From the NCBI GenBank assembly GCA_026388115.1, contig JAPLKK010000033.1, forward strand, positions 2,470 through 66,469: a stretch of DNA of 64,000 bases, in the 5' to 3' direction. The position numbers and the translations under genes were made by a program. Below the pieces are notes generated by a model that worked only from the letters and a program-made list of their open reading frames with translations, searched no databases and had not been told where the DNA came from. Numbering within the stretch: the stretch's first letter is position 1; every line of letters begins with the position of its first letter. The DNA is from Elusimicrobiota bacterium. GTDB taxonomy: Bacteria > Elusimicrobiota > Elusimicrobia > UBA1565 > JACRDR01. This document shows positions 22,849-30,746 of this stretch, piece by piece.

Positions 22849-24381
22849 ATGGGAATACTTAGAACCCGCGAGGAATACCTGCCGGTCACGTGCGCCATCT
22901 TGAAGCCTGCGGACCGCGAAGCGTTCTTCTCCGCGATCAGGAAGCAATCGCACGGCAAGCCGGACCAGATCGCGAAGCTCTGCGAGGTCGAGACGGACAT
23001 GGTCAACGATTGGGTCGGCGGCAAATCCAACGTGCCCTACCATTTCCTTCAGATGCTGGCGCATCAATACAACGTTCCTTTGCCGCCGGTCGGGGAGCTG
23101 CGACGCGAATATCTGGCCGTCAGCCAGACCGCGGCGCGACGCGACATCGTCCCCGCCGCGGCGAAGGCCAAGGCGCAGCCTCAAAAAGAGGAGCGCCAAG
23201 GCCGGCGCGAACGCAAGCCGAAGGCCGAGAAGCCGAGGCGCGAGGAGCGTCCCCGGCGCGAGCGCGCGCCGCGAGGCGCGGCCAAGCCCAAGGCCGAACG
23301 GCCGCAGCCGCCGCAGCAGGCGCGCCCACAGCAACAGCAGGCGCAGCCGCCGCAGCCGCAGCAGGCGCACCCGCAGCAACAGCAGCCGCACCCGCAGCCG
23401 CCGCAGAAGAAGGCGCCGAAGGGGAAGGCCGAGCCGAAGGGCCCGCGCGTCCCGGAGCCGTCCGAATCCCTCGCTTATTGGGTCGGCGTGACCATCATGA
23501 CGGCGCAGCGGCAACCAACCGAGCTGGTCATGACGGCCGACCGGCGCATCGGTCAGAATTTCGCCGGCACCTGGGCCAACCTCACCCGCGAGCTGCTCGG
23601 CGTGAGGCCCTTGCTGAAGATGGTGGACAACGGCAAGGCCCAAGAGGCGCGCCTGCCCTGCGAAGGCTTCGAGGAATTCTTCGACCGCCTCGACCTCAAG
23701 CCCGACAGGAAGCCCGGCGAGGCCGGCGTGCCGCGGTGGGCCTGGTCCAACCCGGCGTGGAAGGTCGCGTGCGTGAAGGGGGTCGTGGACGCCTGCGCGC
23801 ATTTCCAGCGCGCCCCCGCGCTCACCCTCCACGCGCTGCCCGAGCGGCTCGCCAAGGCGCTCCAGAAGATGCTCCACGCCATGGGATTCACCGCCGAGGC
23901 GGCGGCCGACGGCACGGTCACCCTGCACGGCGTGGAGCTCTTGGACCGGTATTTCGATAAGATCGGCACCTCGAACATGAAGCTGCGCGACCAGTACAAG
24001 GCCTACAAGAACCCGCACACCGGCGGGCGGCGCCTGGCCGAGGAGGCCGAGAAGGAAGCGGTCGAGGCCGTCGGCCTCGGCCCCGGCACCGAAGAGGACG
24101 CCGAGAAGGACGAGGTGCGCGTCGTCGGCGAGGAGGTCGTGACGGTCGTGACGGCCGACGAGGAAGAGAAGCACGCGCACGAAGAAGAAGTGCTGGAGGC
24201 GGCGGCCGGTCTAGAGGCCAGCCCTGAAGAAAGCAGCGAAGCCGCTCTCGACGCGGCGGCCGCGGCCAAGGCGGCCGCCTCAGCCCAGCCGAGCCGATTC
24301 GGCGAACCGCCGCCGCAGCCCAAGCCGAAGCCGATCCTGCACCGCCGCCGCACCGTCTGGCGCGGCCGCCCGAAGAACTAA
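22849..24381 (+). CDS. Hypothetical protein: N-terminal HTH-like segment, K/R/Q/P-rich low-complexity linker, acidic C-terminus
   Basis: The 510-aa frame contains a helix-turn-helix-like stretch IAKLCEVETDMVNDWVGGKSN, a basic Q/P-rich stretch (aa ~95-190), then a globular region. No recognised family. Confidence 0.45.
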   Translation: MGILRTREEYLPVTCAILKPADREAFFSAIRKQSHGKPDQIAKLCEVETDMVNDWVGGKSNVPYHFLQMLAHQYNVPLPPVGELRREYLAVSQTAARRDIVPAAAKAKAQPQKEERQGRRERKPKAEKPRREERPRRERAPRGAAKPKAERPQPPQQARPQQQQAQPPQPQQAHPQQQQPHPQPPQKKAPKGKAEPKGPRVPEPSESLAYWVGVTIMTAQRQPTELVMTADRRIGQNFAGTWANLTRELLGVRPLLKMVDNGKAQEARLPCEGFEEFFDRLDLKPDRKPGEAGVPRWAWSNPAWKVACVKGVVDACAHFQRAPALTLHALPERLAKALQKMLHAMGFTAEAAADGTVTLHGVELLDRYFDKIGTSNMKLRDQYKAYKNPHTGGRRLAEEAEKEAVEAVGLGPGTEEDAEKDEVRVVGEEVVTVVTADEEEKHAHEEEVLEAAAGLEASPEESSEAALDAAAAAKAAASAQPSRFGEPPPQPKPKPILHRRRTVWRGRPKN

Positions 24382-24390
24382 AGTCTTTCT

Positions 24391-24464
24391 CCCTCTCCCG
24401 CCTAGGGCGGGAGCCTCCGCCGTTCCCCCTCTCCCGCGTTCGGGAGAGGGCAGGGGTGAGGGCA
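24391..24464 (+). repeat. Tandem pair of palindromic repeats (partial hairpin plus full type A copy)
   Basis: CCCTCTCCCGCCTAGGGCGGGAG is followed by CCCTCTCCCGCGTTCGGGAGAGGGCAGGGGTGAGGGCA. It lies between two convergent genes and is likely terminator-like. Confidence 0.8.
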
Positions 24465-24475
24465 AGCGCCGTTTC

Positions 24476-25057
24476 TTACTGCGGCTGTCCCTTCACAAAA
24501 TGCCCGTAGCACACGGACACGTAGCTTTCGTTGCCGCCGATCTGCACCTGCTCCCCTGAGCGCAGCACGCGGCCCTTGTCGTCGACCCGCAGTGTCATCG
24601 TCGCCTTTCGGCCGCAATGGCAGATGGTCTTGATCTCCGTCATCTCCTCCGCCCAGGCAAGAAGGTACTTGCTGCCTTCGAAGGGCTCGCCCATGAAGTC
24701 CGTCCGCAGCCCGTACGCGAGCACCGGCAGCCCCAGTTCAATCGAAATCCGCTTGAGCTGCTCGACCTGCGCCTTCCTCAAGAACTGCGCCTCGTCGATG
24801 AGCACGCAGCGTATCTTGCCGTTGCCCTCGACGGCCTTGGCCACGTGGGCGAAGAAATCGAACTTGTCGTCGAAGGATACCGCGTCCCGGCTGAGGCCGA
24901 TGCGGGAGGTGACCTTGCCCGTTCCGAACCGGGCATCGATGGTGGGAACGAACATCACCGTCGCCATGCCGCGTTCCTGGTAGTTGTAAGCAGACTGGAG
25001 CAGCCACGTGCTCTTCCCTGCGTTCATCGCCGAATAATAGAAGTACAGCTTCGCCAT
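24476..25057 (-). CDS. tdk: Thymidine kinase
   Basis: [17 protein letters not shown] (P-loop), VLIDEAQF, and the zinc-ribbon [12 protein letters not shown]...CYGH are canonical Tdk. Confidence 0.9.
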   Translation of the reverse strand: MAKLYFYYSAMNAGKSTWLLQSAYNYQERGMATVMFVPTIDARFGTGKVTSRIGLSRDAVSFDDKFDFFAHVAKAVEGNGKIRCVLIDEAQFLRKAQVEQLKRISIELGLPVLAYGLRTDFMGEPFEGSKYLLAWAEEMTEIKTICHCGRKATMTLRVDDKGRVLRSGEQVQIGGNESYVSVCYGHFVKGQPQ

Positions 25058-25391
25058 CGCGCCTCCGACCCGAACGGGCTCGCGCGGATTATACGTTTCC
25101 ATCCGCCTGCTCGGCTAAGGCTCCGTCCCGCCGAACGGTCATGCCTTAGTCAGGCCCCGCCCCGCGGCCCCTCTCTATTGCGCCGCAGTCGCGAATCCAT
25201 GAGGCATTCCCCGTCGAGGCCGGCCCACCATCATCCGAGCGTTGCTTGGTGATATATTTTCGCTGAGACCATCATCGCATCGCATCTTGAGCCAGCGAGG
25301 AGTATGCAGGGTTGTCCAGCGCACTCCTGCGGCTTGACTGAAACGCCCCCCTAGCATATGCTCCCTCCCCGTCGTTCCAGGAGGAGCCCCC

Positions 25392-25712
25392 ATGAAATAC
25401 TGGCAACAAGGAGACGTGCTGCTGCGCCCCGTAGAGCCCGATGCGATCCCGGAAGGCAGAGCCGTCAAGCCGGTCGATGGCAGCCTGATCCTCGCGCATG
25501 GAGAGGCGACCGGCCATGCGCATCGCATCAGCGCGATGGACGGTCTCACGCTCATCGATGCCCGAGGCAAAATGTTCCTCCGCGCCGGGGTCCCATTCAC
25601 CATCCTCCACGAGGAACACGGCCCCATCGAGCTGCCTCCCGGCGGATACAAGGTCTCTCGCGTCCTCGAGTATGACTACTGGGCCGAGCGCACCCGCGAG
25701 GTGGCTGATTGA
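25392..25712 (+). CDS. Small conserved hypothetical protein (106 aa)
   Basis: A strong RBS AGGAGG lies 8 nt upstream. The clean frame includes QQGDVLLRPV...GEATGHAHRI. Its stop overlaps the next start (ATGA). The family is not recognised. Confidence 0.55.
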   Translation: MKYWQQGDVLLRPVEPDAIPEGRAVKPVDGSLILAHGEATGHAHRISAMDGLTLIDARGKMFLRAGVPFTILHEEHGPIELPPGGYKVSRVLEYDYWAERTREVAD

Positions 25713-26671
25713 CGACGGCCTGGGTCCGCCATTCGCCGATCATCAAGCGTCTGGCGGGCATCGACCTCGGTCGCGCGGTGCTCGACAAGGAGGCCGCGGA
25801 GAGAGCCCTGAGCGAGCACCTAGACGCGCTCCTCCTGCCTACGCTGCCCGTGCGCTGGGTCGCCAACCCGGCGGCGGGCGGCGTAGAAGCGCATCAATCG
25901 GCGTTGCGGCAGGCCAGGGCCACCGGCAAGAGGGCGGTGCGTCACGCACGCTGGTCGGGCGCCGTCGCCTCCGTCCGCAGGCTCATCCGGACCTTCAAGT
26001 ATCCGGCCGCGACCGAGACGGCACGATATCGGATGCCTCCGCAGGTCCGGATGGTCGCACGCGGCGCCATAGCCGACACGGAGCGCGCGGCGAATTGGAC
26101 GGCGGAAGCGGATGACTTGGCGATCTTGGCCGCCACCGCGCAGGAGCGCGGGGCATTTCTAGAACCGTTCGCGCGCGCCTTCGAGGCGGGGCTCTTCCTG
26201 CTCTGGGTGACTCGCGCCGAGGTCATCGCCTGCCCCCGGCCCGTCGTGCATCTCCTGGCGGGCCGGCCGCACAATCCCGCCGGCCCCGCCATCGAGTGGG
26301 AAGGCGCAGCCCGCTATTGGTTCCTCCACGGTGCCGAGGTGCCCGACGACCTCGTCACCACTCCGGCAGACCAGTTCAATCCCAGGAGAATACTGCACGA
26401 GACGAACGCCGAGGTTCGCAAGGAGATCGCGCGGAAGGTGGGGATGCAAAGGATCGCCAAGGCGTTCGGCACGACAACGATTGACCGGGAAAGCTCCTAT
26501 GAGCTGCTGCTATTAAGGATCGATGGCATGAGGTGCGTGTACCTATCCATGCTCAATCCGAGCACGGGCGAGCGCCACATAGAGGCGGTCCACCCCAGCT
26601 GCCGGTCGGTGGCCGAAGCCTTGGCATGGAGGAACGGAGGGCTGTTCGGGTCCCCCCTTCGCCTGACCTAG
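25709..26671 (+). CDS. Hypothetical protein with a DUF6745-like C-terminal domain
   Basis: It is translationally coupled to the upstream gene. The C-terminal ...LRIDGMRCVYLSMLNPSTGERHIEAVHPSCRSVAEALAWRNGG resembles a conserved domain of unknown function that I recall ending in AW(T/R)xG. Confidence 0.5.
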   Translation: MTTAWVRHSPIIKRLAGIDLGRAVLDKEAAERALSEHLDALLLPTLPVRWVANPAAGGVEAHQSALRQARATGKRAVRHARWSGAVASVRRLIRTFKYPAATETARYRMPPQVRMVARGAIADTERAANWTAEADDLAILAATAQERGAFLEPFARAFEAGLFLLWVTRAEVIACPRPVVHLLAGRPHNPAGPAIEWEGAARYWFLHGAEVPDDLVTTPADQFNPRRILHETNAEVRKEIARKVGMQRIAKAFGTTTIDRESSYELLLLRIDGMRCVYLSMLNPSTGERHIEAVHPSCRSVAEALAWRNGGLFGSPLRLT

Positions 26672-26783
26672 CAATCGGGATCGGCCTCCGGCTCATCCCT
26701 TGAGACCAGCTGGGTCCATTATTGGGCGAAGCTTGCCCGTTCGGCCCAGGTCACTCCACCCGGCCCTCCGTATATTGTCGGGT

Positions 26784-27623
26784 ATGAACTCCTCCTGCCG
26801 TTGGCGCATCCCCTTGGCTCTTGTGTCCATCCTGGCTTGCCTAGCCGCGGCAACGGCACGGGCCGACGACACGGAGTGGCTGACGACCGGGTCAGGCGAG
26901 GATGCGAGCGCCCTCGCAAAGAACCTCACCAGTTCCATGCGCGGCCTCCATCTGACTGCGATGCCAACGGACGCGGCGCAAGCGCAGCCCGACTATCCGG
27001 GTTTCGGCAGCTTCAGCGACGGCTACAGCATGGGCATGCTGAAAGATTTCTCGGTCCGAGGCGTGTTCACGGACTCCGGCGAAGGCGAGCTTTGGCTGGG
27101 CCGGGAGTCCGCCCCCGCCTACCGGGGCTACGGCAAATTCATCAGAGGAATCAATCCTTGGCGGTTCAGCGCGGACCCGGGCAAGGCCTCGCGGATCGCG
27201 CCGTATCGCGGTCAGTACGTCGTGATCAAGTACCACCAAGTCGGCATCTTCAACCCGCTCAAGCGCGGCACGGGTCTTGAACTCGTGGAGATAGCCCCCG
27301 TTGACGGCGCCGCCCGGCCTCAAGAGACGTGCCAGGACGGCGTCAGCGGGCAGCCGGGGGATTTCCAAGCTGCGCGCGTCGTCGACGCCGGCACCAGCGC
27401 GGGACAGGGACCCATCTCCTACTCGATCATGCTCCAACTGGGAGATTCGGGCAAAGCCTTTCGCGATGCGTCCGTGCCGAACGACACGATGTTCCAATGC
27501 GCCTTGCGCTGGCTGAGATCGGGCGATAAGGCCCGGATATGGTACCGGCCGTCCTCCAAGAGAGACCCGCTGGGCCAGGATATGAGCGACATCTGGAAGA
27601 TCGAGCCGCTGCCTGCCCGCTGA
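26784..27623 (+). CDS. Secreted hypothetical protein
   Basis: Start moved to MNSSCRWRIPLALVSILACLAAATARA (signal peptide). The frame is non-repetitive. Confidence 0.5.
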   Translation: MNSSCRWRIPLALVSILACLAAATARADDTEWLTTGSGEDASALAKNLTSSMRGLHLTAMPTDAAQAQPDYPGFGSFSDGYSMGMLKDFSVRGVFTDSGEGELWLGRESAPAYRGYGKFIRGINPWRFSADPGKASRIAPYRGQYVVIKYHQVGIFNPLKRGTGLELVEIAPVDGAARPQETCQDGVSGQPGDFQAARVVDAGTSAGQGPISYSIMLQLGDSGKAFRDASVPNDTMFQCALRWLRSGDKARIWYRPSSKRDPLGQDMSDIWKIEPLPAR

Positions 27624-27690
27624 CCGACCAGAATCGGATTTCTCGACACGGCGCACGTTAGGTATACTGTCGTCCGCCGCGCCAGATTTT

Positions 27691-27781
27691 GGAGAGGTGC
27701 GTGAGCGGTTGAAACGGACGCTCTCGAAAAGCGTTAGGCGGCAACCCCGCCTCCAGGGTTCGAATCCCTGCCTCTCCGCCA
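27691..27781 (+). tRNA. tRNA-Ser (anticodon CGA)
   Basis: GGAGAGG acceptor stem, long variable arm, anticodon loop CTCGAAA, T-arm GGTTCGAATCC, 3' GCCA. It is near-identical in architecture to E. coli tRNA-Ser(CGA). Confidence 0.9.
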
Positions 27782-27785
27782 GTTT

Positions 27786-27822
27786 GCCGCCGGCTGACAT
27801 CAGCCGGCGGTTTTGTTTTGGC
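27786..27822. terminator. Bidirectional rho-independent terminator
   Basis: GCCGCCGGCTGACATCAGCCGGCGG hairpin followed by TTTTGTTTTGG, directly after tRNA-Ser and at the 3' end of the convergent WD40 gene. Confidence 0.6.
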
Positions 27823-29056
27823 GAAGGACTTTGACCGCCAGAACGAGGGCAACGATCACTAGAGCAGCAAGGGCGGCGACGACGAATTTGCCCTCACCCC
27901 CACCCTCTCCCGAAACGCGGGAGAGGGAGACCGGAGGCTTGCCCTCACCCCCCACCCCAGCCCTCCCCCACAAGGGGGGAGGGAGAACGACCCTGAGGGA
28001 GAGTTTAGCGGGTGGACGACCGCTGGCGCGCTGAGTCTTGCGCGCGGCAGGCGGCGCCGCGGCGGGCGGGGCCACAGCCGAGATCTTCATCGGGCCGACG
28101 GAGTCGCGCCCCCCCGCCGCGAGCGCGTCGCCCTCGGGAGAGAACACGAGGCGCTCGATGACCACCGGCCGCCCCGCCTGCGTCCAGCCGTCCGCCTTGC
28201 CCGCCCGCCGGCCCGTGCGGGCATCCGTGAAAAGCACGGCACCTTCCGCGTCGGAGTGGGCCAAGAGGCGGCCGTCGGGAGAGAAGGCGACCGCGTTCGC
28301 CGCGGCGACCGCTCCCGCGTCGCTCTTCCACTCCTCCTTGCGCGCCGAGAAATCCCACAATGCCAACTCCATGCGGGAGCCGCCGTCGCGAAGAAAGACC
28401 AGCTGGGTCCCGGCGGGCGAAAAGACGAGCGCGTGCATCCGCCCTCCCGAGGGAGCTTGGGCCGCGAGCGCGCCGGTGACCGCGTCCCAAACACGCAGGG
28501 ATCCGTCGCGGCAAGCCGCGACTACGATGAGGCCGTCAGGCGAGAAGGCGAAGGCTTCGGTCGCGGCGCACGAGCTTTCCAGCCTGGCGGCGGCCAGCCG
28601 GCGCATGTCGAAGAGCGAGAGCCCTCGGTCCTCCGAGTCCCACAGAAGACGATACCCTTCCGGCGACAAGAGCGCGCGCACCTCGCCTCGGTGCAGACCG
28701 ACATCGAGCGCGCGCTGAGTCCCGGTCGCCATGTCCCAATAGCGCAGGCCGCCCACGCCAGGCAACGGCGAGAGGATGGCGGCCTTGGGATCGGCGGCCA
28801 AGGCGACGAGAAACAGGCTCGCCGGCGCGGCGATCGCCTGCTTCTGCCGGCCCCCGTCCAGGTCCCACAGGCGCACTTCGGAGCCGCTTTCGCCGCCGGC
28901 GGCCGAGACCAGGGAACGGCCGTCCGGAGAGAAAGCGAGGCCCGAGAGCTTACCGCCGCGGCCGGACAGGGTGAGCCGCTCTTTGACAGCCACTTCGGCG
29001 GCCTGAGCCGACGCGGCGAATGCCGCCGTGAGAAACAACAGCGCGCGAAGCCTCAT
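27800..29056 (-). CDS. Secreted WD40/beta-propeller repeat protein with repeat-element-derived C-terminal extension and hydrophobic tail
   Basis: Start at MRLRALLFLTAAFAASAQA, followed by multiple LxFSPDG...WD-type blades. The last ~90 codons read through two palindromic repeat copies (27889-27983), then a TM-like FVVAALAALVIVALVLAVKVL plus RQNK. Confidence 0.65.
   Translation of the reverse strand: MRLRALLFLTAAFAASAQAAEVAVKERLTLSGRGGKLSGLAFSPDGRSLVSAAGGESGSEVRLWDLDGGRQKQAIAAPASLFLVALAADPKAAILSPLPGVGGLRYWDMATGTQRALDVGLHRGEVRALLSPEGYRLLWDSEDRGLSLFDMRRLAAARLESSCAATEAFAFSPDGLIVVAACRDGSLRVWDAVTGALAAQAPSGGRMHALVFSPAGTQLVFLRDGGSRMELALWDFSARKEEWKSDAGAVAAANAVAFSPDGRLLAHSDAEGAVLFTDARTGRRAGKADGWTQAGRPVVIERLVFSPEGDALAAGGRDSVGPMKISAVAPPAAAPPAARKTQRASGRPPAKLSLRVVLPPPLWGRAGVGGEGKPPVSLSRVSGEGGGEGKFVVAALAALVIVALVLAVKVLRQNKTAG
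27889..27927 (-). repeat. Palindromic repeat, type A, inverted orientation, inside WD40 gene 3' region
   Basis: TGCCCTCACCCCCACCCTCTCCCGAAACGCGGGAGAGGG is the reverse complement of the type A consensus. Confidence 0.8.
27941..27983 (+). repeat. Palindromic repeat, type B (CCCTCACCCC...CCCTCCCCCACAAGGGGGGAGGG)
   Basis: Variant hairpin CCCTCCCCC-ACAA-GGGGGGAGGG, preceded by the CCTCACCCC box. Confidence 0.75.
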
Positions 29057-29082
29057 CCGATCACCGCCGCCATTGTAGCATC

Positions 29083-29116
29083 CCCCCACCCCTCCCCTCC
29101 CCCACAAGGGGGAGGG
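29083..29116 (+). repeat. Palindromic repeat, type B
   Basis: CCCCCCACCCCTCCCCTCCCCCACAAGGGGGAGGG in the divergent intergenic region between the WD40 gene and the DUF47 gene. Confidence 0.75.
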
Positions 29117-29150
29117 AGAATCGAGAGTCAAATTTCGCTATCATCGCGCC

Positions 29151-29834
29151 ATGGCATTCTCGCTACTTCCCAAGGAAGAGAAATTCTTCGAGCTGTTCGA
29201 GACGCAGGCGGCCCACAACGTGGCGGCGGCGCGGGCGTTCAAGGAATTGATGCAGAAGTGGAACCCCGAGTCGGACATCTTCGACAAGCTGCGCGACATC
29301 GAGCACGAGGGCGACATCACGACCCACGAGGTCATCGACCGGCTCAACCGCACTTTCATCACCCCCTTCGACCGCGAGGACATCCACGCGCTGGCCGGCG
29401 AGCTCGACGACATCGTGGACCTGATCCAGTCGGTGTCGGCGCGCATGAAACTGTTCGGCATCGCGGCCATCCCGCCAGACCTCGTCGAGATGGCCGACAT
29501 CCTCGCGCAGTCCACCGAGAACATCCGCAAGGCGATGCATGAGCTCAAGGATTTCTCGAACCCGAGGCGCCTGCTCGATTACTGCATCGAGATCAACCGC
29601 CTCGAGAACGCGGGCGACCTTGCATTCCAGAACGCGGTCGGCCGCCTGTTCGCCAGCAACGCCGGCAAGCCCTGGCACGGCAACCAGGGGTGCTTCGCCC
29701 CGGACAGTTCAAACCAGATCCTCCGCACCATGAAAAACACCTTCTCTCACTCCCCCACCCCCACGTTGGGGAGATTATTTCTCGCGGTGAGACGGTCGTT
29801 TCCACCCGCGTGCTTTCCCCTCGCGCGGCGGTGA
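29151..29834 (+). CDS. DUF47 (PhoU-like, Pit-associated) family protein, C-terminus replaced
   Basis: MAFSLLPKEEKFFELFE...TFITPFDREDIHALAGELDDIVD...CIEINRLENAGD matches DUF47 for about 172 aa. The conserved C-terminal block (KWKEIY..DRCEDVAN) is absent in all three frames; the gene instead ends in unrelated sequence running through a repeat-like box. Confidence 0.65.
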   Translation: MAFSLLPKEEKFFELFETQAAHNVAAARAFKELMQKWNPESDIFDKLRDIEHEGDITTHEVIDRLNRTFITPFDREDIHALAGELDDIVDLIQSVSARMKLFGIAAIPPDLVEMADILAQSTENIRKAMHELKDFSNPRRLLDYCIEINRLENAGDLAFQNAVGRLFASNAGKPWHGNQGCFAPDSSNQILRTMKNTFSHSPTPTLGRLFLAVRRSFPPACFPLARR

Positions 29835-30688
29835 TATGGGCCGCGTTCTTCAACTTCATCGCCTTCCTCATCTTCCCGCTGCACGTGGCCAACACCGTCG
29901 GCAAGGGGATCGTGGACCCGGCGATCGTCGACAGCGCGGTCATCGCCGCGACGCTCGTCGGCGCATGCGTCTGGGACCTCTGGACGTGGTACGCCGGACT
30001 GCCGACCAGCTCCTCGCACGCCCTGATCGGGGGCTTTATCGGCGCGGCGCTCGTAAAGGTCGGCCCAAGCGCGCTCGTCCTGCCCGGCATCGAGAAGACG
30101 GTCGCATTCATGATCCTAGCGCCCTTGCTGGGCATGGCAGCCGCCTCGGTCATCGGCGTGGCGAACTACTGGATCTTCCGCAATGCGAGCCCCGGCCGCG
30201 TCGACCATATTTTCCGCAAGGGACAGCTTCTCTCGGCTGCGCTCTACAGCCTTGGCCACGGAGGCAACGACGCGCAAAAGACCATGGGCGTCATCTCGAT
30301 CCTGCTGTTCTCCGCCGGCCTGCTCGGCCCGAAGTTCTACGTACCGCTCTGGGTCGTGCTCTCCTGCCACGCGGCGATGGGCCTGGGCACGATGTTCGGC
30401 GGCTGGCGCATCGTGAAGACGATGGGCCAGCGGGTCGCGAAGCTGCGGCCCTTCGACGGATGTTGCGCCGAGACGGGCGGCGCCTTGACTCTGTATCTGG
30501 CCTCCGCCCTAGGCGTGCCGGTGAGCACGACTCATACCATCACGGGCGGCATCATGGGCGTGGGGGCGCTCCGGCGCTTCTCGGCGGTCAAGTGGGACGT
30601 GGGCGGCCGCATCGTGTGGGCGTGGATCCTCACCATCCCCGCCTCGGCGCTGGTGTCGGCCGCGTGCTACTGGGCAATCGCTAGATAA
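29690..30688 (+). CDS. pitA: Inorganic phosphate transporter PitA, N-terminus (TM1 and first GxNDxxN motif) missing
   Basis: From ...VVSTRVLSPRAAVIWAAFFNFIAF onward it is canonical Pit, including the second motif LGHGGNDAQKTMGVI. The first ~30 aa that should carry NGFHDAANAI are replaced by unrelated sequence (GTG-initiated MLRPGQFKPDPPHHEKH...) overlapping the DUF47 3' region. Confidence 0.7.
   Translation: MLRPGQFKPDPPHHEKHLLSLPHPHVGEIISRGETVVSTRVLSPRAAVIWAAFFNFIAFLIFPLHVANTVGKGIVDPAIVDSAVIAATLVGACVWDLWTWYAGLPTSSSHALIGGFIGAALVKVGPSALVLPGIEKTVAFMILAPLLGMAAASVIGVANYWIFRNASPGRVDHIFRKGQLLSAALYSLGHGGNDAQKTMGVISILLFSAGLLGPKFYVPLWVVLSCHAAMGLGTMFGGWRIVKTMGQRVAKLRPFDGCCAETGGALTLYLASALGVPVSTTHTITGGIMGVGALRRFSAVKWDVGGRIVWAWILTIPASALVSAACYWAIAR
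29751..29774 (+). repeat. Degenerate type B-like palindromic box (TCCCCCACCCCCACGTTGGGGAGA)
   Basis: CCCCACGTTGGGG palindrome with the CCACCCC box, located exactly at the DUF47/pitA disruption junction. Confidence 0.5.
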
Positions 30689-30690
30689 TC

Positions 30691-30724
30691 CCCCCACCCC
30701 GACCCTCCCCCACAAGGGGGGGGG
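30691..30724 (+). repeat. Palindromic repeat, type B
   Basis: CCCCCACCCCGACCCTCCCCCACAAGGGGGGGGG, immediately after the pitA stop and at the 5' truncation point of the next gene. Confidence 0.75.
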
Positions 30725-30746
30725 GCGCGCCTGCGCCTTCGATCTA

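Noticed and set aside
22741-24180. 479-aa minus-strand ORF, and the 13970-15049 / 15013-16518 / 57461-59008 / 53508-54623 plus-strand ORFs
   Set aside because: Each is antisense to a gene with recognisable motifs (the 22849-24381 protein, the TPP enzyme, the 15046-16497 protein, the HEAT-repeat gene, prfB). Their compositions are skewed in the way expected of GC-rich shadow frames.
27800-29131. N-terminal extension of the WD40 ORF to 29131 (MTLDSPSPLWGRGGVGG...)
   Set aside because: The extension is a translation of the type B repeat at 29083-29116. A proper signal peptide begins at the internal Met (29056), so the start was moved.
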